This document shows, piece after piece, positions 16,258-30,790 of a stretch of DNA of 64,000 nucleotides; position 1 is the stretch's first letter; every line of letters begins with the position of its first letter. The notes below the pieces were generated by a model, which was not told where the DNA came from, ran no database searches, and saw nothing but the letters and a program-made list of their open reading frames with translations. Source of the DNA: the human T2T-CHM13v2.0 reference genome, Homo sapiens; the NCBI RefSeq assembly GCF_009914755.1, contig NC_060930.1. One strand, 5' to 3'. A program made the position numbers and the translations under genes.

Positions 16258-17277
16258 TGCAACAATGCCCAGAACAAGCATCAAGAGCAGCAACTGGCAC
16301 ATAGTAGTACAAAATAAATTTGATCGACTAGATTTCTACAAATATTTATTGTCTAAATTTCATGCAATAGAATGGCTGTGGGGTATACAAAGATAAATAA
16401 AATATAATTTCTACTTTCTAAGATCTCATACCTAGTTAAGAGATAGTTATAACAACCAGAAATATGCTGAATGTTTTAAGAATTATGTGCATAGGTCATC
16501 TACCTCCATATCTCCAAGTTAAGTTGCCATTTTCTCTTTTCATTGTTCTATTCGACCTACCCTAGACTTTTATCTACATTTGTCTAAAATTGGCACACCA
16601 GATAAATTAGGTTATCTAATTTATCTAAAATTGGCAGACCAGATAAATCAAACAACTTTGTGTGTGTGTGTGTTTTGGTGAATCAGAGATTACATTTTGT
16701 ATCCTTTTCAAGAGAGTGTTTGTAGGCAGCATTGGTAAATGTTTTATACTTGTTTGCAAAGCTGGTATAAATATTTCAGGACACAATTGAGCTTTTCTCA
16801 TTAAAGCCCATTTTTCTGTCTCTGTATGCAGAAGTTTCTAGCTGTGGAGAGAAAGTACTATTTAAAATAATTGTGAAGATCCTAATTCTATGGCAGCTGT
16901 GACAAATGGACCTTTTCTGCTCTATTAGGTTTTGATGAGCTTATTTTTAGTTAAAACAGTAACTTTTGTTACTAAAAAACTCTTAATTTGATCTCTATTT
17001 TCAAAATTTGCTCCCACTTAAAGTCTATACTGAGCTTGAAATCAGGATCCATTTATTTTTCAAACCAGTAGCACAATCTGCATCACAGTTCTCAGTCAGA
17101 TTTGATATTTATAGTAGGGTTTCTAGATACCCTAAAGCTTCCGTCTGATATTTCTGCAAATTAGGAAAAACAGTGTGAATAAACAACAAGCTACTTTCTG
17201 TAGAGCGACATTTAAACGTAATGCAGGAATGGATGTGTGAAATTTTAATTTCCCCTTAGGTCACTTTTAATATTCTA

Positions 17278-17293
17278 CCCATAGATGGCAGCA
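17278..17293 (+). promoter_or_regulatory. Candidate CTCF motif
   Basis: CCCATAGATGGCAGCA versus the CCASYAGRKGGCRS consensus, 2 mismatches at the 5' end. Confidence 0.3.
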
Positions 17294-18380
17294 AGTGACC
17301 AGGCAGCTAAACCCCCAGGCCTTCTAGCCAGTCTTTATCAGGTGGATCTGTTGTAAAGCCACAAGAAAGGGAAAGCCATGGCTGAGAACAGATCCCATCT
17401 CTGGAGATTGTTTCATTCAGTCGTCTTAGATGGCTCTTCTCTTCAGATGTGGAGAACTTTGTTGTGTTTGGATTCTTCTTCTGAGGCTTAGGAGAAGTGT
17501 CCTTGTAGCACTGAAGGAATGCCTAAGGCCAATCAGAAAGGGCATGAGGCTGAGGGCTTCTCTGGACTGCTCAGTGCCTTCTGCCTTGGCTCCTTTATCT
17601 CTGAGCATGATGGAGTGGAAATTCCCCTGAAAATTCAGCCTTGCCTACGTGGTCCCTAGGAGTCTGGAGTTCCTTGCTCTTATTTTTCAACCTCTCAGCA
17701 ACTTGTATTCTTGGGCAGTTCATATCTTGAATCCTGCTGTGCACCATTGGCCCCATGGGGTTGGAGGGTCAACCTGCAGGTGACTTTTAACAGGATAACC
17801 TAAGGTAGGCATAAACTGGTTGATGGGTATACATACATTTATTTTGTTCTTATTATTTCTTTAGCACCGTGTAAATACTTTATATACATCATCCTATTTG
17901 CTCCTCACAAGACCTCTACAAACTAGTTATTATGAATCTCGTTTGGCCAATGAGGAAATAAAAGTAAATTAATTTGTTTGAAGTCACAAACCCAGTGTAA
18001 ACAGCTTTAGCTACTTTAAGGAGGCTGCTTCTTAGAATGTGGTAAGACTTGGATCACATTCTCAGCCAGTAGGTACAGATCACTACCATGTGCATAAGGA
18101 GTGATACACATGTTCCACAACCTTGAAGACTTTACAGTGAGAGGTTCTACACATAGAAAAAAGATAGAAAGCAGCAGAAAAATTTAAGAAAATCCAAATT
18201 ATGATAATTGGAACTTCTGGAAGACACTGGAATAAAAGGGATGTCTTAGGGTTTTCAGGTTTTCATAGAAATGAAAGAAGCCAGAGTAGAAATGGAAGCT
18301 AAACAGGGGCCTGATCAAATTCAAGATGGAATATCCTACTCTTCCAGTTTCCCTTGAGTGGTGTAACATCAAGCACTTGG

Positions 18381-18677
18381 CTATCCTCAGCAAACTAACA
18401 CAGGAACAGAAAACCAAACAACACATGTTCTCACCTATAAGTGGGAGCTGAACAATGAGAACACACGCACATAGGCAGGAGAACAACACACACTGGGGCC
18501 TGTGTGGTAGAGGGTGGGGAGAGGGAGAGCATCAGAAAAAAGAGCTGATACATGCTGGGCTTAACATTTAGGTGATGGGTTGATAGGTGCAGCAAACTAC
18601 CATGGCACACATTTACCTGTGTAACAAACCTGCACATCCTGCACATGTACCCCAGAACTTAAAATAAAATAAAAAAG
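18381..18677 (+). mobile_element. 5'-truncated primate L1PA 3' end
   Basis: ATCCTCAGCAAACTAACACAGGAACAGAAAACCAAA ... CCCCAGAACTTAAAATAAAATAAAAAA; TSD AAGCACTTGGCTA / AAGAAGTTGGCTA. Confidence 0.9.
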
Positions 18678-18837
18678 AAGTTGGCTAATAGCCTCACATT
18701 GTAAGGGCCAAGATATGGTGAACAGGATCCTCAAACTCTCATAGAAATCTAGGATCTGGATCTACTGTGGGTGTCTCTGACTGTATAAGGTCTCCTGAAG
18801 CATCAGGAATAGATAGTTTATAAGAATCCAAAGCTTA

Positions 18838-19620
18838 CAAATGGCCAATAAGCACATGCAAAAATGCTCAACATCATTAGTCACTGGGGAAATGCAAATC
18901 AAAACCAAAATGAGATACTACTTCACACCAAGTAAGATGGCTAGAATCTAAAAGTCAGAAAACAAATGTTGGTAAAGATGTAGAAAATTGGAACCCTCAT
19001 ACACTGCTGGTGAGAATGAAAAAAAAACGCAGCCAGTTTGGAAAACAGTCTAGTGGTTCCTCAAATGATTTAACGTAGAATTACCTATGAAATTCTACTT
19101 CTAGGTTTATACCCAAAGAAAATGAAAAAGCATGTCCACACAAAAACTTGTACATGACTGTTCATAGCAGGATTACTCATAATAGCTAAAATGTGGGAAC
19201 AACTCAAATGTCCATCAACTGTTGAATGGGTATATTCATACAATGTCATGAATGAAATACTGATTCACACTACAACATTTATGAACCTTGAAAACATGAT
19301 GCTGAGTGAAAGAAGCCAGCCACAAGAGACCACATATTGTATCATTCCATTTATATGAAATCTCCAGAGTAGGCAAATCTGTAGACATGGAAAGCAGATT
19401 AGTGGTTGCCTAGGGCTGGGGGCAAAGTGTAGGAGGATCAGAAGGTGATAGCTAAAGGGTATAGGGTATTTTTTTGAGGTGATAAAAAACGTTCTGAAAT
19501 TGATTGTGCTCATGGTTTTCCAACTCTGTAAATATACTGAAAACCATTGAGTTATACACTTAAAGTGGGTGAATTGTATGGCATGTGAATTATATCTCAA
19601 AAAAGTTGTTTTTAAAAAAA
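18838..19620 (+). mobile_element. L1MB-type ORF2 end and 3' UTR
   Basis: CAAATGGCCAATAAGCACATG..ATGCTCAACATCATTAGTCA ... ATGTGAATTATATCTCAA. Confidence 0.85.
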
Positions 19621-19639
19621 GAATCCATAATCAGCTACA

Positions 19640-19890
19640 GCTACTTAATGTAGAGCTTATTTGCCAGGTAGTATTCTAAGCACTTTGCATATGTTAACTC
19701 TTTTAATCCTCAGCACAATCTCACCAGATAGGTAATTTAATCTTGCCCATTTTACAGATGGAAAAACCAAGACACAGGGGTATGAAGAGTCTTGCCCAAG
19801 GTTACTTAGTTTACAAGAAAGGCCACATTAGAATCTCTTGTGTAAAACTGGAAGGGCTTCAGAAATTCTGCTCTTAATCATAGGCCATAC
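19640..19890 (-). mobile_element. MIR
   Basis: CCCATTTTACAGATGGAAAAACCAAGAC..CTTGCCCAAGGTTAC. Confidence 0.7.
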
Positions 19891-20548
19891 TGCTTGTGAG
19901 AGAAGAGATCTGTGTGTGTGATCACCTCGTTAAACCCCCTTCATTTTATATATGGAAAAACAAGGCACGCTTAGGGTGGAGCTGCCATAGAGCCAAGGCT
20001 ACTGCTCCTGGTTTGAGACGCAGTGGTATCATGTTAGCTAGGCACTAAAGGGTTAGGCAGGACAAACTCAGAGTCATTCACTTACACAGGGGACCATTTT
20101 TTCTTAGAAATTATTATTATTATTTTTGAACCTGGGATATGAGTCAGGTCAAAATGCATAGATGGTGGAGGGGGGGCTGTTAAAAAGAAGAAAATGAGGA
20201 TGCAGGCAATAAAATTAGTTGGGGATTTGGGAGTTCATAGAAGTAAAGTGAAATAATATGCAAGCATGTCCATGAAATATTGCCTGTTTCATTTTTCATT
20301 ATGTATTATCAGAAGATTTCAAGGGAACTAAATTTGTAGAAAGATCTTGCTTGAAGTCAGAATGGTTCTTTTTCTGTGAGAAACTATTAGGTGTTCCACA
20401 TTCCTCTTCTGTGTCACCATTGTGTCTAAGGAGGAAGGGAGTGGATCCCAGGCTATGGAGACAGATGGGGAAGCAGAAACAAGCCTTGGCATTCTATTAA
20501 GTGACTTAAAGTTACAGAATATCGAAGAAAGCCTGAATTACCATATGA

Positions 20549-20935
<387 letters not shown>

Positions 20936-21869
20936 TAGCTTTTGTGCTCCTCCTGTCTCTTTACAGTATTGGCAGTTAGTTTGCCCCAAGGTCCTCTGAG
21001 TTTTCTTTGAGGCTGAGCTATCTTTCTGTTCCCTGGCATTTCTGTCATCCTTCTTGAATTGCTCAATTGCGCTGTTCATTCCCCCTGCAGTCTCTTAAAT
21101 GGCTCAAAATGGAGCACAGCTTCAAAGAGCACTCTGATATTTGTAGTCTTACATGTGATTTGTAACCTTGAAGGTTTCCCATGGAGGAATTTATATATCT
21201 GTGAGCAATGTTAGATTACAACATGTTCAAAAAGAACATTGCAGTAAACGTGTGAACGCCAAGACATGGGGGATGAGTAAATCCATGCAAAAGTAAATCA
21301 AATAAATTTGAGGTGAGAAAGAACAACAACAAAAATGAAGGACACAAGGTGGCATACTGTGAAGCAGTGATAAGAGATAAATGACAGCTGTAGTCAGGCT
21401 AGCAGGAAGTGATAAAGGTTGGGTGACTCAGTTTGAATGAATGAAAGCTGATGGTGATGGACAGATCGAGAGGAATTTTCCCACAAGTCAGGACAAGCCT
21501 CCACGTCAAATAATTATACATAAGCCCCTATTTAATTTGGCAATCAACATGAAAGCAATGAATAGTGATAGCCTTTCAGCTTAATTTAGGTGAGTGTAAG
21601 ATAAGTGTTTTCGGTAACTGTGTATAAAAGTATCCAGGACAATAAAACAAGCTACAGCTTAAATCAAGTGGACAATCCTGGTCTTTTAGATTCAGCCTTT
21701 CATCATGATCCCTGTTGATGATGATGATGATGATGATACCAATAGTAGGTTATGATTGTTATATGACTGGGTTTGGATTCATTTATATAGGAAGTTCTTC
21801 ATTCGCTCCTAACAGTGCTGATTTACTGTTTGTAAGAAACTTCTCGGCATTGAACTAGATGGAGAGCAG

Positions 21870-21929
21870 TAGGGAGCATTTGGCAGGTGTCTGCTCAACA
21901 ACTGTTTCCTTTTTCGTACTCTTAGAAGT

Positions 21930-21966
<37 letters not shown>

Positions 21967-22431
21967 TGCCAGTGTGTCCAGCCCCAGGGAATGATGTGAT
22001 TGGCCCATGCCAATCATGGTTTCAGAAATTCCCTTTGACTATGATTGGCTCAGGGATGAGCATGTGACCCCAATCAATCTATTGAGACTTCAGCCACCGA
22101 GGGTTTCTGGGAAAAATGTTGCTCCCTGATTAAAGGGAGAAGGATGATGAGAAATGCATTTTGTCACTTTCCATTTCCTCCTGTTTGGATGTATTTGTGT
22201 GAAGACATGAAGTTCGCAGCCATGCCAGCCATTTTGTGCTTGTAAGGGAAGCTCCTGCCAGCCAACTGGGAAAACAGAGCAGAGATCACAAGAGCCCAGC
22301 CTTTGCTGACACCATGAGCTGCTGGAATCGCCTACCTCTGGATGTCTTGCTTTGTGAAATAAACACCTATCATTTGGACTGATTTTATTCAGTGATTTCC
22401 CTCCTCATAGTTAAAAGCATCCTACCTGACA
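21870..22431 (+). mobile_element. Old MLT1 (J/K-like) LTR containing a 31-nt poly-T run
   Basis: GATTGGCTCAGGGATGAGCATGTGACCC; GCCATTTTG; GAAATAAAC; ends CCTGACA. Confidence 0.6.
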
Positions 22432-25239
22432 GGAGAACTTTAATAATTTAACATTTGCTGCCACAAGCGTGAAAACAACCAGTGCATCCATTTGAGGTGT
22501 AAGCAGTGAGTTTGTCCCCATGTCCCCTGAGGTGAGTTGGCTTTCTGCTCCCCAGGACTATAATCATCTTAGTCATCTGATTTTGTGCACATGCATTACA
22601 GTTTTACAAATAAAGTCCCTGAAGAGAGAAACAAAACCAAATTAAAAGTTTGCTTAAGCAAATTGATCCTGTAAAATCCTTTTGGAGTAAAAGCTGATGA
22701 AATAAATGTGTCTCCAGTACTAGGGTGCTCAGGGCTGTTAAACAGGGCAAAAGTCCAAGAAAGGAAAAAGACCTTCCCACAAAAGAAGCACAGATGAGTA
22801 ATTAGGGACTAGGGAAAGGAAGCTCAGACTGCAATTCCAAAGCTGTGCTTTTGTGCCAATAAGAGTGCTTTCGGAGCAATGAGGCAAGTTAATTTCCAGG
22901 CCACATTTTACAAACTGGCACCTCTTCAGTTTGCCGTAACCCCAAAACAAACAAAACCCCAAACAACCAACTACCACTTCCCACACAAAATAGAAAGACA
23001 AAACAAACCTTTGATGTGCACTTTCACTCGTCAGCTAAACATAATGCCACAGCAGTGTCCCGGATGGAAGTTACACCTGGGGTGGGAATTCTATGTCAAA
23101 CGAAATACTTAACTCGTTAATTCAACAAACTAACTGCCAAGGGAGGGCAAGACACCACGCTAGGGGCTACATGGGATTCAAAGATAAGGCACCAAACTTT
23201 TGTTTTTGACATATGCAAATGCCACTCGAGCACAAAATGTAAGGTTGTAAGCTCTGCAAGAAAGATACAAGGTTATATGCTATAGAAGATGATAGATGAG
23301 AGAGATTCCATCCCACTCAAAGAATGAGAGATTGTTTCCTGGCAGTGTGGGCATTTGAAGTGAGCATTGAAGGGTGGGTAGTATTTGAACCTGGGAGAGT
23401 GGGAGAAAAAGGACACTCCAAAGCTGAATGAACACGTTGTTACAGAAGAATACTGTATCTTAGTTTAGCCAGGGCATGAAGACAATGTAATGGGGTTACA
23501 ATGGGAAAAACAGAGAGAGCAAAAGAGTTGGGTAAGATTGTCATTCTATAGGCAATGGGGAGTCATGGAGTATTTAGGGGCAGGGCATGACATGTTCAAA
23601 GCTATGTGAAGGTTAAGCCAGCAGCAAAGAGTGGGTTGACCAAAGATGGGAGAGACAGAAGACCACATGGCCAGTTGAGAAGCTATTATGATATTTCAGA
23701 TAAAATACAGAAAGTCCTTACTAGGATAGTGGAAATGAAAAGGAGTAGGAAGGTCAATCTGAAACCTGAATATGGAGTTAATAGAATGCAGCAAATGGCT
23801 AGAGCCAGGAGAGAAGTTTCACCCTGGCTTGCATCTGTAGTGTGAGTTTCTGAAAGAACAGGGTACCCTTCCAGACTAAAGATTTGTTTTCATTAAAATC
23901 AAACGGTTCTAGTGAATGTCTTTTCTGTTAAATAAGTTAACTGAAGCCCCTTGTGAGTCTAAAGTCTCCATCAGCCAAATCAACAGGCAGCTTTGGGGGA
24001 TTCCTGGCCCCCTGCCTGTCTCTAGCAAGCTGTCATTGATGAGGCTAACAATGGTGCTGGTCTTGGCGACACTGGATATCTGTCCATGGAAACCAGGACT
24101 GAAACCAACAGGCCTGTTAACTTCCAATATACTTCATTATTAATCACATTGGGCTTTAATATTTGCTAAACTCATTTGAATGCAGTTTCATAAATAATGC
24201 CAAAGAGCCTGCAAGAAAGGGTGTGTGCATATGTGTGGTCACTAGGGGATAAAGTCCCAGCTCCTCAGTGTGGAGGACAAGGGACCCCTCAGGCCAGCAC
24301 AAGAATGACAGCGTAAGCAATGAGAGTTCCAAGGGGAGGGAAGTGGTGCCATATTCTGGTCACCAGTGAGGTCTTGGTCACCAGGAAAGCATTTTTCCAG
24401 GGCTAGATTTTACTATCCTGGGTTTTAATCTTACTAAAGAAAATGGCTTTTCTGCACACAGGTCCATACAATCTGGGGCCTTGCTACTGGCCTGGTGTCA
24501 TTTCCTGCCATCAGCCCATGAACACTCTAAATTCTGTCCCTGGGGAATTGAGCCTCAGAACTTGATATGCTGGCTCAGCGTCTCCACGCCTTGCATCTGT
24601 TGCTTCCTCTACCTGGAATGACCTCCCTTCCTCTGTTGCCTCAGAGGCCAGTGCCAACATTACCTTCTTAATACCCTACAGGGCCCCAAGCATGATCTTC
24701 AACGGTTACGCAGCACATACACCTAGGCTGTTATTAATTGTCACTGTTTCCTTATCTGCAGACAGCCTTTCCTCAGGGCTGGGGCCACCCGTTATTCATC
24801 TCTGGATCTCTGGCCCAGCCCAGAGATTGTACAGAGAAGGAAGGAAGGCAGCACATAATATTGCATGAAGAAATAAAATCTTTGAATTGGCTAATGTTCA
24901 TCAACAGGTAGTAAGCTAGCATTTCACATGATGGATTTTCCTTCTCTTGACATACCTGTTCTAACATTTACAAACCCATGGCTCTTCTTATTAGAGGCTG
25001 ACCTAGTTGACACATTCCCTGGCCTTCATCCAGCCCTTCTGCTCACTTAGATTCCTATGTGTGTTCTGATTCAGCCCTTTTGTTGGTAGGAAAAAGAAGC
25101 CACTCAAAGGAGATTTTAAAAAAAAGTTATTTTAAGGACATGGCTATTTTACAGCATCCAAGGGCAGGAAACAAATGAAAGCTGGCTCCCTGTGAACTAG
25201 AACCAGGCACTGGGAAGCTGTCTGTTTGCCCTTCGTCAG

Positions 25240-25650
25240 GTGTTTACTGAGTGATCATTGTACCTGGTGCTGTTCTAGAAGCTGAGTTGTCAGTGTGAAA
25301 AAAGACAGGCAAGTCCCCTAGGACTCACATTCTAGAGGGTGTGATCGCAGACAAGGGCAATACACATATGAGCATCATGACAGTGTCAGAAGATGGTAAA
25401 TATTTTGAAAACGATAAAAGAGGGCAATGTGATAATGAGAAACTAAGTGCTATTTCAGGTTGGGTTGTCAGGAAAGTTCTCTTTGAGTAGGTGACATTTG
25501 AGTGGAAAGCTGAGAGCTGAGAGGCACAAGGGGGACAGTCTTGTGAGAAGCTGAGAGGAAAAGCATTCCAGGCTAGGGAAGGAACAGAAGGGCAGAGGGC
25601 CCAGAAAGGAATGTATGTGATGAGTTCCAAGACCAGAAAGAAAGAAAGGC
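25240..25650 (-). mobile_element. L2 fragment
   Basis: TTTACTGAGTG..TGTACCTGGTGCTGTTCTAG; GGTGACATTTGAG; AGCATTCCAGGC. Confidence 0.65.
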
Positions 25651-25710
25651 TGCCCTTTGGGACTCATAGGAGCCACAAAGCTGTTGTCTCTGTTTCTCTC
25701 TCTCTCTCTC

Positions 25711-26030
<320 letters not shown>

Positions 26031-26824
26031 TAGTCTTACTCGTGTATCATGACATCTCAGCTATATCTACTTCTACCAACTGATCCCAGTCTCTTCTTTC
26101 AGGAATGATCATCAAATTGGCTCAGCCTTTCTCCCATAACAAAGAATCCTTCATGGAAGTCCAGAAACCTGCGAAGGATTCTTGGCGCTTTCCTCTCCCT
26201 TATGTCCTGGAGGAAGCCCCTTACCAAGTCCTCTCTGTTCTTCCTCCAAAATGCTTCTTTAGTGTTTTACCTCTCTCCATCTCCACCGCTACCCACCTTG
26301 GCCCCTGTCCCATCCACTATTGTCTCCTACCTAACCTCCTGAACTATTCTGCTCATGGGTCTCCTTGTCTTCATCTTGCTCCCCACAAATCCACTCTTCA
26401 CAAAATAGAGTGGTCTTTAAACCATTAATCAGGGGGAAGGTCGCATTCAAGGTGGTGGTGCATTTTTGGGGTGGATTTCATAGACTCTACCTCCTTGTTG
26501 GGAAATCTGATACATCTCCAGGGAAATAGAAATGAGGTGTCTCTGATGGGAGGGTTTGGTTTTGTGAATGGTATGGAGGCAGAGGCCACCCCTTGAGCCT
26601 ATTGTTTTGGGCCTGTCAGTTTGCTTTGGTTAATGTGGCCTTAATCTCGTGCCATTTCTAATAACTTGCTTTTCCTCTCCCTCAGCCTCCCTACTTCCTT
26701 TGCTGACTGCTTATCTGTTATTGGCCATTGACTAATATTGTGTTGATCTGGTTCTGCTCACTAGAATAGGTTCTTCCTAGGAGCCACATCTACAAATGTT
26801 AAAATCTTCCCTGAGCTCCCTGTC

Positions 26825-26960
26825 AAGGGTTACTTGATTTAGCAAATAATAATACAGGATGCCCAGTTAGATTTGAATTTCAGATAAACACAAAGAATAG
26901 ATGGTTTAGTGTCCTTATGTTCCAAATATTGCATGAATTTTCTTTCATCTGGCAACTCTA
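26825..26960. mobile_element. MER53 hAT MITE, internally deleted
   Basis: AGGGTTAC..GATTTAGCAAATAATAATACAGGATGCCCAGTTAGATTTGAATTTCAGATAAAC ... ATCTGGCAACTCTA. Confidence 0.8.
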
Positions 26961-28866
26961 CTCTCCCCCTTTCTAGATCCACCCCACCCCAGTGAGCAGA
27001 GCTTGTTCCAGATTTTCACTCTGGCCTAATCTGCCACATCTGGCTGCAGTTAACAAGCCTGTGTCTGGGTATTTCCTGTGATCTGTACCTATCCAGCAAA
27101 GCAAGGTACACTCTCAGCTGGGCGGCCAGGTGTCAGTGGAAAATGCTGTGTTGCATCTTTCCCTTGACACATTGAGTACCTCATCCATGAAGAGCCTGTC
27201 TGGTCACAACACCCTTGGCTTGCCTTTGATGGTGTAGACTTCTTCATTTATAATGTTCAAAAGATCTAGTCACAAAGAGGGCCTTTAAAATAGTTTTACT
27301 GTTATAACGATGTGTACCATATACAAGTTTCCTTTGATAACGCTTCTAGTCTCTCACTCCAATAGTATTGCAACATTAGTCTCAAAGAGCCTTTGATCAA
27401 TGAACTTTACTGAACGATCTAATTCTTTCCTGGAGATAAGAGCAGACCTCACCACCTTCATTTTATAGATGGGGAAACTAGAAACAAATCATTTCCATTC
27501 TGCTAAGAGCTAATTTGCAGCTGTGTCAGAGATCAGTAAGTGAGTAAACAGATAATGAAATTTAAAACAGATACTATTGGAACTAGTTCATATTCTGACA
27601 CATTTTTGCCACTGAGATGAGATAAGCTGTGAGTATGGGCAAGGTGGGATGTGGAGGGGCCGTGAAAAGAGATGTCTCTACTTAATATTCCAAGAAAAGG
27701 AAATGATATCTTTACGCTAACTCTCTGAATACATTTTTCAAGATAGCCAAAAGTTAATTTATTTAAAACAAAATTTACTTAAAATCAAGTTAAAGTACAT
27801 AAAAAGTTTACTTTAATCTTATCTTATCAATATCAAATTATACTTTCAGTTGAGATGTTATGTTGGATCTCTCTGTAGAGAGCTCTTGGCAGAGAACTGC
27901 AATGTATTAGTTGCTTTCTTTTCTTTTGCTAAAATTCGATGACCTACAGTTTTTTAACTCTGTGTTTCCATGCCGTTTTCCCCATTGTTAATAACACATA
28001 TATATTTTTAAATGACCTATACAATAAACACAAGGGCATAAGAAATGATGAATAAGACAGTGCTTCTCAATCCCATTTACTTTTGGCTATATTTTCCAAG
28101 ATTTTCAGAGGATACACTTCTTTAATCAGTGGCAACTACTGATGTGCCAGATAGCTTGGTGGTTAAATGTATCACCACTATCAATTATTGACAAAATTTT
28201 TCACAATACTTGGTTTAGTAGCAAGGATATTTCAAAATTTATCTTATCTTTGTGGAATGGATTGAAGAGAGAAGATAGCCTCCTTCACTTCTATAAGCAA
28301 TTATGGGACTGTTTGGCATTGATAAGAAAGCTGGGTGTCCTTTAATTTCTTTATTGCTAAAGCCAGTAGGGTAGACCATAGTCTTTGTAAACCAAGGCAT
28401 CATACACAGAACTAATTTCAAGTTGGGTAGAATTCTTGTCATTTGGCTGAATCTTTAATTTCTCGAAGAGATTCACTATGATTAAGGAATTGAGAAGGGT
28501 AATTGGGCACCCCTTGGAGCCTTTGAAACAAATTTGATTTAAACTCCCCACTATGGACACAGGTTGTTGAATTCAAGGGATCAACATATCTCCTTGGAAC
28601 AAGGATGTTCAAACCACTTAGGAGCAGTGTATAAAAAAGTACATTTTCTCTACTTACAGGCATATCTTAGTCAATATTTGCCTTTTAGAGCAGATGTGCC
28701 CAGTGCCTTAAAGGGGGGCCATTGGGAAGACAGGAAATTGTGAGTTCTGGGTTTCTGGCTTCTATAGACTCAGCTGAGATGTATTTTCTTTTTCAACCCT
28801 TCTAAATGGCTGGGCCTGGGATTTTCCCAGTCAAATTCAAAAGCTAGCCATGAAGAAAACTAATTT

Positions 28867-28919
28867 TAAGACATAAACAAGTATTTTAACATAACATCTA
28901 AGACATAAACAAGTATTTT
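28867..28919. repeat. Perfect 21-bp direct repeat with an 11-nt spacer
   Basis: TAAGACATAAACAAGTATTTT at 28867-28887 and 28899-28919. Confidence 0.9.
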
Positions 28920-29760
28920 TAAATGTGTCTTGAATGTATTCGTATCACCTCATTAAACAATGTCAGAACATGGCCAGAAGCCAGGAGTTGAAGGAGCCGT
29001 TGCTTAATGAGATAGTAATGAGCAAACATCGAAGCTTGCATTTTCCTTCTGCTTGTTCCAAAATGCATGACTTAGCGGGATAAGATATTTGAGCTCCAGC
29101 TCTTAAATAATTTTAAGATATTTCTTAGGATAGTTGCTTTTCCTTTTAGTGTTTGATTGTGTCAAGAAGTAAAGGTTAAGAAATGTTATTTTCCCCTTTA
29201 TTGAAGCCGTAGGGTGTAGTGGTTAGTAGAGTAGTAATTCTGCTACTAAATAACTGTGTGACCTTGGACACAGTGTGCAATAAATGCCAGTTATGATTAT
29301 GACGTATAATTGAGGAAAAAATAAGGATTTGAATAGACAAATTTCAAGTTAGGGAATAGGAAAATTTTTATACAAATGCTTTAGTAGGGATGTATTATTT
29401 ACTTTAAATATTAGAAATTTGACTACAATAAATTGACTTTAAACCACTTGATAACATTTGCTGCATTTTGTTAAACCAAAAAAATTTAATATTTATCAAA
29501 ATGAAATTATTATAGGTGCTGATCTTGTTATTGAAATTTCTGGTTTATTTTACTAACTTGAATCAAAATATCTCTTTAATTTTGATAACTTTATAGTCAG
29601 TTCAAGGGTAAAAAGAATGAACTTTTGATGACTCAGTTACAGTTCCAATCAGACCATTTAAAGGAAAATGAGAGATTTATCTCTATATATAGATGAAAGA
29701 TTTATATATACATATATAGACTAACTTGAATTGAAGGTTAGTAGAGTAAGTGAGAGAGCT

Positions 29761-30290
<530 letters not shown>

Positions 30291-30500
30291 AAAATCTTTC
30301 TAAAATATAAAAGCATAAGCTAATGCTTGCATATAATAGGATTCTAATAAGTTGAAATTATTTAACAGAAATTGCCATACTGTGGCATCTTTATGAGTTG
30401 GGGAGCATTAATAAGGTAATTACATTTTAACTAAAAGTTAAGAAGAATAGCTAACTTTAGATTTCTTAATGATATTTTGCTATAAACACTAATTCTAAAA

Positions 30501-30790
30501 CAGAGCTGTCCAAAATGTCACATATATAATTTATAATTTTCTAATAATCATGTTAAAAAAGTGGAAAGGAACAAAAGTTAATGATTTTAATAACATCTTT
30601 TATTTAACTCAATAAATTCAAAATATATTTTAACATGTAACCAATATAAACATTATTAATAAGATATTATTTTTTTAAAGTTATTGTTCCAAGTCTTTGA
30701 AATCTGGTGTGTATTTTGCACTTACTGAACATACCAATTCAGTAGCTAATTCATATGTGGCTAGCAGTTACTGAATTAGACTGTGCAGCT
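30501..30790. mobile_element. MER33/MER3-like hAT MITE
   Basis: CAGAGCTGTCCAA start; ATATGTGGCTAGCAGTTACTGAATTAGACTGTGCAG end. Confidence 0.7.
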
